The position numbers and the translations under genes are program-made. From Podarcis bocagei (Eukaryota): DNA of 64,000 nucleotides. Every line of letters starts with the position of its first letter. The stretch's first letter is position 1. Positions 13,562-41,066 of the stretch are shown piece by piece. Below the pieces are notes generated by a model. The model saw nothing but the letters and a program-made list of their open reading frames with translations. It had not been told where the DNA came from and searched no databases. The stretch lies in the NCBI GenBank assembly GCA_964188305.1, contig OZ076889.1, one strand, 5' to 3'.

Positions 13562-14048
13562 CAGGGGTCTGCAACCTTTAAGACAAAAAGAGCCACTTGG
13601 ACCTGTTTCCGAAGGAAAAAAAACCTGGGAGCCGCAAAACTCGTCATTATAAACAGAACTTTTTTGTCACTTTTAAAAAATTATTTCTTTGTTTGACCCC
13701 TCAGAATTACTCCTCCTCATAGAAATGAACGTTAAATTAACAAGTTGCCTTTTTGTGTGTGTGTGTTCTTCACTCCCCTTCAAAACAGTGACCAGCGTAC
13801 ATGCCCCCTTTCAATGCAGTGACCAGCGTACATGCCCCTTACAATGTAGCGGGCGGGCGGGCGACGTCGGGACGGTGCGTGACTAACGCACGCACCGCCC
13901 CCATGCGATGTCACAGCCAGTACAGCGCCCGCCACAGTGGGGAGTGTCGGGGCGCACAATGCTCCCCTCGCTAGTATCCGCCCCGGAGCCGTGGCAAGGG
14001 TGTAAAAGAGCCACATGCGGCTCCGGAGCCGCGGGTTGCAGACCCCTG
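13562..14048. mobile_element. Young hAT (Charlie-like) non-autonomous element, 487 bp
   Basis: Perfect TIRs CAGGGGTCTGCAACC / GGTTGCAGACCCCTG and perfect 8-bp TSD GTCTAATG; CpG-rich interior. Confidence 0.9.
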
Positions 14049-14293
14049 GTCTAATGTAACCTTCTAATAGCGCAAGTATATGGGGGCGGGGGGGGTTCAC
14101 CTTTTGCGCAGAGAAACTGGAATAAAAGAGCAAGCCTTTCTCCTAATGGGTTTGAATTTGAGCAAGCAACATTCTTCCCTGGATTGCTTAGTTGTTTGTC
14201 TTTGTGGAATGTGTGGAGAAGTGAGCCTGCTCAATAAAATAAATAAAACAAAGTGGTATAACTATGTATGTCTTCTTACTCCTTTGCATGTAG

Positions 14294-31419
<17,126 letters not shown>

Positions 31420-32426
31420 TGGACCATAACGCTGAAGGACCAGACTACATAATCTACACAAGAGCTTTAGCAAGAATATTTTTAAAGAACATATTTTTTG
31501 TGTTACTTCTAAAAACTTTTTTATTTTTATTTTATTCATGTGATTTTACTGCCCTCTCTTATTCTCTTTAATATTCCTCTGTCTTTGTGTCTGACTTTAC
31601 AGACAACCTGGGATTTCCCTGCTGCATCACCACTAAAATAGTACAGTTTCAGCTCCTCAGCTCTATTACTAAGGAAAGGATTTCCCTGGGTAATGAAGGG
31701 CAATCCTGTCCTCTGCTCATTTTATTTTTTAATTTAAAACTTTCTGGAGCACCTTAGTTGTAGTTGGTAGAACTGCAAAATATTAAGAGTACTATTTTTT
31801 CTGTGTGGAATTATCTACAAATTCTAAATTGCCTTAACGAGCCCCAATTTATTAGCTGCTAGATCAGTGCTCCTTTTCCTGTACTGGAACAGAGTTATAT
31901 CTTGTGGCCAGTTAGGTGTATATTCAACAAATGCCTAATATTGTGTTGTGAAGAAAACAGTGGGACAATTTCAAATACTATTTATTTTTAGTTAGGCTAT
32001 TTTTCCTACATGAAATATGTAGCTGCATGCCTGGTTACACCAATCCTAGGTAGACTTTAACATTCTTTTTAAGTTGCTAGGGTGCTAATCTGAATTGAAA
32101 TGGCTATTGACTATCCACTGTCTTCACTTTTCCATAGCTTTTATATGTTATGTTTTTTCTTTCTTTAAGTGAAGATGTACCAGAACCATATTTTAAAAGG
32201 CAATGGGTGAGAATTCCTTTTCCTTCGAGTTTGGACATTTTTAAGGTAGAATCATAGAATTCTATGAAGATATCAGTAATACATTGCAGAATTGGTAGGG
32301 GCCACTAAGAACCAAATCAGTCCTTCTGAGCTGAGATGGGTATCTCCTGTGCTCCATCCTTTCATTTGTCCAGCACCGGGGATATTTGGATGATGTAGTA
32401 GCTTAGCTTTTCATATCTTACAAAGC

Positions 32427-32550
32427 CAGTGTGGGGGACCTTTGGCCCTCCAGATATTGCTGTACTACAACTCCTATTCAGCCCCAGCAAGGGATGATGT
32501 GAGTTGTAGTTCAGCAAACAATTGGAGGGCCAAATGTCATCCCCCCACTG
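32427..32550. mobile_element. Palindromic hAT MITE within the AHCYL1 3'UTR
   Basis: cagtg.ggggacctttggccctcca...actacaactc...gagttgtagt...tggagggccaaa...cactg fold-back. Confidence 0.7.
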
Positions 32551-33798
32551 CCGCCCACACCTGCTATAAAGAATTATTCATTGTGTAAAGCACCTTCCCT
32601 CCATCTTCAGGCTCCATTTGTAGCAAATGAATATTGAAGGTGGAATCCCTTCCCATTGGCACTGCTGTTTTAAGTGCTCTGCTGCTTTAATTACCTTGGC
32701 TTAGGCTAGCCTATTCTGTCTGGTTACCTTGATGCACTGGTACCTCTCCTGCGAAACTACGGTGCAGCCAGATTTCACATTTTAGTGCCATGAAAGAGGA
32801 GGGAGCTCATCTTTAGAGAGGCAAATATCAGGCTAAGGAAGGTGGTTCAGGCAAATACTGCCTGCATCTGATCACTTCAGACTTGTGCTGAAGCCTCAAG
32901 GGGCAGTGATGAAAAGCTAGAGACTACTGTGAATCATAGTGAATATATGATCAACCTTGAATTTCTGTGGCTTTTTATGTAACCTTTGCAGAAAACTTGA
33001 TGTAAATACAGATTACATTCCTAGTTCCATCTTCTTGAAATCTATTCCACTATTGTATGGCATTGGCTGTGGTCTTTCCTGATATCCTTCACTGAGGAGA
33101 ATAATTTAACTGTGATTTGATGAGGAGTCTGAGCCACCAAACCTTTGCACGTTCATGCTTGCTCTCTCTTTCCCAGAGCCCTAGGTGACCTTTCTCTTGT
33201 ACCTTTGGCCCCAGATGGCTGTCTGGTTCCTTTCTGGCAGCTACAGGGTGGCCACTTGGCCTTGCAGAATGGCTGCAGGCCATTGACTGACTTGAATGTG
33301 GGAGATCCCTTTGCCTCCAGCTCCTCCTGCCCACCCCCTTTTCCAGAATCTGACTTCCATTTGGCCAGGCCAAATGAACTCTGTTCTTCCTTTTTGTTGA
33401 AGTGATCTCAGACCTGAGCATATGTGCTTCCTCTCAGTTCCTTCATCAGGATGGCGTCTTAGTATTTTGTTTCTCAATTTCACAGCTCTAATACTACAAG
33501 TTCTGATCCCGGAATTGGCTTGGATCCTTCTAAGCCAAACAGAGTGCGCTCCCAAATGTCCTCCATGAAGCTCAGGGAGGGCCTCTTCATTCCATTTGTC
33601 TGCCTCTGTGTTGCAGTGTCAATAGATACCTTAGCTAAGGGCTTCATCTCTGTATAAGCCATGGAATAAATTCTCATGCCTGGCAACACCTCAGTTCAGT
33701 CAGAGGGAGCATGTTATAGCATCAACCCAGGTGGGGATAGGTTTATTTTGTATATGAATGATTTTTAATGAATGCAATATTATTCCTTGCAGATGAGC

Positions 33799-33827
33799 AA
33801 TAAATCGTTACGCAAAATCTAAATAAA
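33799..33827 (+). terminator. Candidate AHCYL1 polyadenylation signals (two AATAAA)
   Basis: AATAAA at 33799-33804 and 33822-33827, preceded by U-rich/TGTA elements, about 2.4 kb after the stop. Confidence 0.6.
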
Positions 33828-35025
33828 ATGATTAGAAAAATACCTCTGGCTTGAGTTTTTAAATATCACTGCCACTGTTTGCGCTGTCCAAGGAAACAAG
33901 TTGCCAGCACACTTTCAGCTGCAAGTTTTATTCCATCCACAAAGCAAATCATTTATCTCATAGGATGTCTGTGGGTTGAGAAGATATACAAATCCCTGAT
34001 GTCAGAGCACAAGGAAGAGCTTGGTCTCCCTGCTTCTCTTCCTCCCCGAAGTAGATTTTACAGCAGGAATGGAGAAACCCTACTCTGTGAGTCAGATGTG
34101 GCCTGTAGTTGGCCCTTCAGGGGTGCTCAGTGGGAAGCAGCTGAGGGGGGAAATGCCATGGTTTTTTAAAACATAACAAAACATACCAAAAATATACACT
34201 ATGCAAATATGGGTGAGTCCTAATAAAATGTTATCAATCTTTATGAGAAAACAAAATTCTGTATAAATTAACTAGGGCAAATGCTTTTGTTGGGTGAAAT
34301 GCACACTTTCAAAATGTTCCTCTGAAGTAAGATCTGTTGGAAGAAGATCAAAGTAAATTTTTAAAATGTTTCAGCAGAAAGGTAGATTACTGTTCCTTGC
34401 AAAGATGCAAAAAAATGTCCAGGCAAACTGCAGTTGCACGCATGCAATTTTCAGGATGCAGATGCATTTTGAAATTTTAGGTTTCAAATAGCTGTAGGAC
34501 ACAGCTTTGCAGTTCCTCTGTACTTTAACATTGCTTGCATTTCTCTGATGGAATTACTGATTACTCTTTGCCTTTTGCACAATTAGCATAGAGACAACAG
34601 TGATTAGGAGCTTTACTCTTTTAAAAAATTTTTTTAAAAGCTTATGGAGAAAATGGAAAGAAAATGGATATTTGAGTGGAGTTGCTAAGAAAAAAGCCCC
34701 TTGTTTTCATAGGAAATACCATTTTGTATGTCTCTGTATATGTTAAGAATGTGTGATTGGTGTGTTGATACGGCCCCAGCCCTACTTTTCAGGAAGGGAA
34801 TAACTGCCATTAAGTTAGCATTAGAAACTCTGTTGAAATAGAATCCTATATCCAAGCTTCCAGAAGCAAACACACTTCTATGGCTGTCTAGCCACACTGG
34901 ATGCAAAACAAACCTAAGCTTGTTCTCATTGCTAATAAAATAGAGATGGTGTTGGGCTTTCCATGCAAGCTTTAGTTGTTGAGTTCACATTAACATAACC
35001 TACACTGAACTATTTGGTTTTTTAA

Positions 35026-35049
35026 AATAAATAAATAAATAAATAAATA
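35026..35049. repeat. (AAAT)n microsatellite
   Basis: aaataaataaataaataaataaat. Confidence 0.85.
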
Positions 35050-35980
35050 GTCCGTAACATTTCTATTCCTGTAAGTCCACAGACTTACATCTTGATCTTG
35101 CTTGCTATAGTCCAAGAAACTCTTCTCGTGGTGGACAGAAGCAGTTCATATTGTTCCCTCATTTACTTCTTTCTTGTGAACACATTTCACATATTTAATG
35201 TTTTCTATTGTTAAATTGGTGTAACTGAATATGGCCTAAAGCATTCTGCAATTATCTACAATCCTTTTCCTCAATGGACCATCCCTGATTCCATTGGACC
35301 CCCTCAATCTCAGATGTTCCTATTGCTATCACACCTTTCTGTTCTGCTTCTATATGGCTACTAATACTTTAGTAGCCTGGTCATGTGCATACTCGTTGGT
35401 GGTCCCCAATATTCTCAAGTAGCAGGCAAGTGAAAGGCTATCCCACCAGTGCTACATCACAGATATGCCAGTGATGCTATCACAAGTGTATATTTCAAGC
35501 ATTTGTGGCTTTTGCCAATGTTTTTGATAAGGTAAGATTGTACAGTGCTTTTATTAATGTCCTTACAACTACCCTACTGCAGGCTGTTGTTTTTTTTGTT
35601 AAAAATCAGCTCATTAAAAGATTAAACAAGCTGAAGGTAAAAGTGATAGGATCCACATAGTGTTCAAGAAGGTTTTCTTCTGCACATGAATAAATACTAG
35701 CATGAGCTGGTACGTAGGGCTCAGCTTGCAGAGTGTTAATAATGAATGTCCACGGTGTCTCCCTCTTTCCAAGTTCAAGATGCTGTTAAAGATACATAGT
35801 AAGCAGGCAGATGTTAAAAACATGCAGCAAACTGTTAACACTGAATAGTGGCTTGCTATGGAAACTATTTAAATACAGTGCTGCATTGCAGTGTTAAAGG
35901 TACTGATGTATCTAGATTCATAGAATGTTTGTAAGGCACTGTAAGACTATGCTAAGAAACACTGCTAAGACTATGCTAAG

Positions 35981-37602
35981 GAGCCACCTGAGACGCCGGT
36001 ATTACAGCCACCAGCCCATAGGGGCCCCTCATTCACGGTAGAGGAACATGAGGTGAGACAGGTTTTGAGGATGGCGAATCCGAGGAAGGCGGCTGGACCT
36101 GATGGCATCACTGGAAAGGTGTTGAAGGGCTGTGCGGATCAGCTGGCGAGGGTCTTTACTAAGATCTTCAATAAGTCCTTACACCAGTCTATTGTCCCAC
36201 CCTGCCTGAAGTCGTCAACTATTGTCCCTCTGCCTAAAAAATCCACAATCAGTAGTTTGAATGACTATAGACCAGTTGCACTGACTCCAATCATCATGAA
36301 GTGTTTTGAGAAACTGGTGCGCCATCACATTATTTCCTGTCTTCCATCAACTTTTGACAACTACCAGTTTGCATACAGAGCAAATAGATCCACAGAAGAC
36401 GCCATCAATACCACTCTCCATGCTGCTCTGTCCCATCTGGAGCAGCCGGGGAGTTATGTGAGGCTGCTGTTTGTGGACTTTAGCTCTGCTTTTAACACTA
36501 TCCTCCCCCATAGACTGGTGTCCAAGCTAGAGGCGATTGGACTCTCCAACTCCACCTGTCTCTGGGTTTTGGATTTTTTGTCAGAACGTTCTCAGAGGGT
36601 TAGAGTAGGGTCACACATGTCCACAGCCCTTAGCCTTAACACCGGCTCACCACAGGGTTGTGTGTTGAGTCCCCTGCTCTACACTCTCTATACGTATGAC
36701 TGTACAGCCATCTATTCCAGCAACAAAATCATCAAGTTTGCTGATGACACTACGGTGGTAGGGCTCATTTCAGGAGGGGATGAGTCCGCCTATCGGGACG
36801 AGGTGGAGCGGCTCTGTGTTTGGTGTGGAGAGAACAATCTGGCTCTTAATACGGCTAAGACCAAGGAATTGGTGGTGGATTACAGGAAAAAAAAGGCGGA
36901 CATTCAGCCCTTGTATATCAACGGGGAACGGGTGGAGAGGGTGGTGGAATTCAGGTTTTTGGGAGTAGCTATCGATCAGGGCATGACTTGGAGCGCACAT
37001 ACCACTGCTCTGGTGAAGAAGGCCCAGCAGAGAATTTATTTCCTCAGACTTTTAAAGAAGAACAATCTGAGTGAGAGACTGCTGGTGTGCTTCTACCGAG
37101 GCTCCATAGAGAGCATTCTTACATACTGTATTTGTGCTTGGTTCTCCAGTTGTACAGCTAGGGAGAGGAAGGTGCTCCAGAAGGTCATAACCACAGCCCA
37201 AAGGATTATTGGTCATCCTCTCCCATCTTTGGAAGAACTGTACGGTTCCCGTTGTCTTAGGAAAGCAAATAACATCCTGCAGGATTCATCTCACCCGGGA
37301 CACGGTCTGTTTGCACTACTGCCTTCTGGCAGGAGATATAGAAACATCAAGTCAAAGACAAATAGACTGAAAAACAGTTTCTATCCAAGAGCTGTGGCCT
37401 TTTTGAATGCTGTAACTCGATAGTGTGACCTGGGAGTTTGAGGGGTGTGGTGTGGGTGTGGCTGGAATGTGGTTTGTTTGGTTGTTGTTGTTGTTTTGCT
37501 TTTGATGTTTTAAGGGATGGCATCCAATTTCGTTGCACTTTGTACAATGTTGCATTTGTGTAATGACAATAAAGAATCTATTCTATTCTATTCTATTCTA
37601 TT
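35981..37602 (+). mobile_element. Rex1/Babar-clade non-LTR retrotransposon, 5'-truncated, young
   Basis: Open frame 35981-37423 with RT motifs [52 protein letters not shown] and C-terminal [15 protein letters not shown]; 3'UTR with AATAAA (37568) and (TTCTA)n tail. Confidence 0.9.
36053..37423 (+). CDS. Reverse transcriptase ORF of the Rex1-like LINE; endonuclease domain missing, no ATG at the truncation point
   Basis: 456-aa ORF from the track, extendable in frame to 35981; no stops or frameshifts. Confidence 0.8.
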   Translation: MRQVLRMANPRKAAGPDGITGKVLKGCADQLARVFTKIFNKSLHQSIVPPCLKSSTIVPLPKKSTISSLNDYRPVALTPIIMKCFEKLVRHHIISCLPSTFDNYQFAYRANRSTEDAINTTLHAALSHLEQPGSYVRLLFVDFSSAFNTILPHRLVSKLEAIGLSNSTCLWVLDFLSERSQRVRVGSHMSTALSLNTGSPQGCVLSPLLYTLYTYDCTAIYSSNKIIKFADDTTVVGLISGGDESAYRDEVERLCVWCGENNLALNTAKTKELVVDYRKKKADIQPLYINGERVERVVEFRFLGVAIDQGMTWSAHTTALVKKAQQRIYFLRLLKKNNLSERLLVCFYRGSIESILTYCICAWFSSCTARERKVLQKVITTAQRIIGHPLPSLEELYGSRCLRKANNILQDSSHPGHGLFALLPSGRRYRNIKSKTNRLKNSFYPRAVAFLNAVTR

Positions 37603-38059
37603 AGGCCTTTTAAGCCCTATCTCAAAGGCACACAGTTCTATTTAAATAGAATGCATGGATAATCGTAAAATCCTTATTGAGCTGCTTCACAAGTGCAACC
37701 CTAGTTACTGTAATAGATTTTCCCAACATGTGCATGTAGGAGTGAGCGATCCAGAAAGTGTGTCTCAGATGTGCGTCTGGGGCTGTTTTTGAAATGTCCA
37801 GTTTCTCTTTCTTGCCCTTCCTTTACAGTATTTAGATGCGTAATTTTCAGAGCGCTAGCCAAGTTGCAACGAGAGTCTTGTGGCATATAACGAATTTATT
37901 GTGCCTTAAGCATTTCTATTTGAGTCTCCTCTGTCAGATGCACGAAGTGTCCTCAGTTGGCCGGAATATATGCGTAAGTGGGGGAAATGTGAACAGTGGA
38001 ATCGAATGACAGTGAAATGCAGGAAGTGCTTTCTGTAATTCACTGCCGTTTGATTCCAG

Positions 38060-38960
38060 CGTTCACAATTTTTTCTTTCCGCCCCTGCGTACAGCCTGTG
38101 TCTCTCGCACCCTTGTGCACTTGTCCATCATGAAGCTGCTGCTTTTGAGATGACGTTTTGAGAGCTAAACCCTTCTGCATAAGCGCGCTTCACTTGCACC
38201 GTCTGCGGGACTTTACGTGACAGCTCCCGGCTATGGCCAAACGAGCCTCCGTTGCCTTGGGAACCATTTCACAGGCTTTACAAAAACCGGAGAAATGGCA
38301 GCTTTCAGGCAGCGCCGCCTTTAGGAGGATAACGCGATGCAACCAAGATGGCTGCCGCGCCAGGTCACAAGAGTCCTTTGATCCGCTCGCCATCCTCAAT
38401 CTGTTCCTGTCCTTTCCATGAAACAAGAGCTTCTCATCTTAGCCGCACCCATCCGCCACGCTCAAGATGGCGTCGCTTCCTGCGAGAACCTAGCGCTGCC
38501 TCGGCCCAGTTCGCGCGAGAACTGCCGGCGCGTCGAGATGGAGCCAGGCGGCGGCGGCGGAGGTCCGGGCTTGCTGATTGTCAACAACAAGCAACGGGGC
38601 GCGGGGCTCGGGCTGGCGGCGCCGGCGACGCCGGGGGTGAAGGGCCGAGAGCCCAACCGCAACCAGCGCAAGGACTCGGAGGTCAGGCGGGGCGGCGAGG
38701 GGCTCCGGGTGGGGGGAAGGACGTGTCCTCGCCCACTCGCCGCTTCCTACCAAAGTCTCAAGGAGCCGGGAGGGAGGGAGCGGCTCCCTCTGGGTGACTC
38801 GGGCTTCCCTCACCTGTCGGGCCTTGCATGTCACCAGCGGTTTAAAAATAGAGATGAAATAGACGGGGTCGGTGGGGTCGGGATGTCCCTGCGCTGACGG
38901 TGGACGTGCAATGTTTAGTCTCCACCCGAGCCTTGGCTTCCCTCCCCTCCCTTACTCACG
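38060..38960 (+). promoter_or_regulatory. CpG island / STRIP1 promoter
   Basis: Sharp GC and CpG enrichment around exon 1; YY1-type CAAGATGGC at 38344 and 38463; near-palindromic AGTTCGCGCGAGAACT (TCTCGCGAGA-like) at about 38508; ETS-type CAGGAAGTG at 38020, just upstream of the island. Confidence 0.8.
38538..38681 (+). CDS. STRIP1: STRIP1 exon 1 coding (144 nt)
   Basis: gagATGG Kozak; ...NRNQRKDSE|gtcagg. Confidence 0.9.
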
Positions 38961-41023
38961 CGAAGCCATTTCCCAAATAAAGGCTCTTTCCCATCCCCAT
39001 CCCGAAGAGGAGCCTGCCAAGGTCACAAGGCAGCTGCTTCCCCCTCGTGCAAAAAGTGCAACTTTTGGAAAAACCCTCCCCATCCTTTTGCCTTTCTAAA
39101 AGGTTTTTGCAGCACAGACGCTTGCTCACAAGTAAGCTGCCCTGTGCCCAAGGGCTCTTAACGCTCGGGTAAGGGTTGCCTGTAGGGTGGCAACCCGGAA
39201 GATTATAAATCGGCAGTCCTATCTGTACACATTTACTTGGGAGTGGGTTTTATAACTCCGAACAGATCTTGTCCAGGTTGCACGGCAGTCCGCGAAACTT
39301 GAGTTCCAGGCAAGCCTTAAAAGTTCGAAGTTGCCGAGCAATGTGGCAAAGCAGGTTTCAGGGAGAGGAGCATTGCCGTAGTCATCTGCAAGTTACCATA
39401 GTAACAGTGAAGCTGCGTGGGGAAAGTCGAGAGCCCTTTCATGCTGAGCCTAACACCCTTAGGGCATTCTGCCTGGGGAAAAAAAGTTTTATTCTAAACT
39501 GTCCTCTTCACCCAGGGCTATTCGGAATCTCCAGATTTTGAGTTTGAATATGCAGACACAGACAAGTGGGCTGCTGAGCTGTCAGGTAAACTATGACCTT
39601 CTTTACTCTAATATTGTGTTTTGTTTCGAAACAGTTTCATTTTATTATAATGGATGTTGCTACAACGTAAAAATCAAGCCTATTTGAAAACTCAACGGAT
39701 TTGTTTGAGTTGCTCCTTCCTATATTCATTGTTAGTTGCTTTCAGGTTTTATCTTGTGATTACTGCTGTGTGAGGAAAGTTGTTTTGAGTGGAAGTGATA
39801 TCCACATAAAAACTCTGTTTATTATTTTCTGACCCACCCTGGATAATTTTTTAATGAAGAGCAAGTTAGAAATGTTCTAAATAAAAAAATAATTCTGCTA
39901 TAAATAAATAGTGTGTCTTAGTTTTTGCTTTAAATATACATATGTACTTTTGAACATTCAGTCAGTAGTATATGTTCCTATTTTACTTCAATAGGAGAGA
40001 TGTGCGGACATTGCCCAGATTCAGCTATCATGTTCCGCTTGTAAAACCCAGTGCAAGGACATCTGCTAGAGCAGTGGGGCTTTCCCACCTCCCCTGTGAG
40101 CCCCCTGCACCTTCCCAAATTCACTCAGAAAGGTATCCAGTACTAGGAGATATCCAGTAATATTTCAGGGGGGGAGGAGAGGAAAGGTGGTTCCATCAGG
40201 CAAGCAGAAATCCTTGCACTGATGGAACTATTTCCTTAGCGCTATGCAGAATCCTACCCATTATGCTTAACCATTGCTTGTTTCTGTAACTACAGTTAAG
40301 TGTTGCTTGCACCTGAATACCTACATCATGATTAAGGGTTGTCTGCAAACTACTTATGTTAAGTCATGAGTCTGAAGTAGGTTTGTTAACCATGTTTTGT
40401 ATTAACCATGGTACATCTACATCAAGCAGTTTAGTTCTCCCTGCATCTCAAGGATCTTCCCTTGCAAAGTTATGAGCAGGCCTCACTGGTGTGGTTCCCA
40501 CCCTACAGGGGCAGGGCTTAGCTTGAGAAAGCTCGCCCATGGCAGCAATTTTCAAATAATGCCATCTTCTATAACACTCTGTGTTATGAACATTCTTCCT
40601 TCTTGTTCCTTCCTTCCTTCCTTCCTTCTCATTCTTTTTGTTATGACAAATAGCTGTCTCTAGTCATGTTGCTTTAAACCATGCTCAGGTATTGTATAAC
40701 ATATAACTTGGTAATTGTAAGATTTTGTGTATTTATTATCTCATGGCAGAACTGTACAGTTACACTGAAGGTCCGGAATTCCAGCTCAACAGAAAATGCT
40801 TTGAGGAAGATTTTAGACTGCATGGTAAGAGTGATGTATTGTCTTTTTGCTGTGAAAATGTATTGTAGAGTTGCTTTGTGTGTGCTCTAGTCTAGAAGTT
40901 GGTCTTTGTGTGCTCAAAATGTAAGATCTTTCTCTTTGTGATAGAAATAAAATACCAAAGGATTGATTGCTAAATCAAGTATGTTCTTACATCTTTTCAT
41001 GAAACTTTACTTTTATTTTAATC

Positions 41024-41066
<43 letters not shown>

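Noticed and set aside
38462-38834. Antisense ORFs over STRIP1 exon 1
   Set aside because: Expected by-product of a GC-rich, stop-poor CpG island
39173-39196. GGGTTGCC-8nt-GGCAACCC palindrome resembling hAT TIRs
   Set aside because: Only an 8-bp stem with no TSD; could be chance
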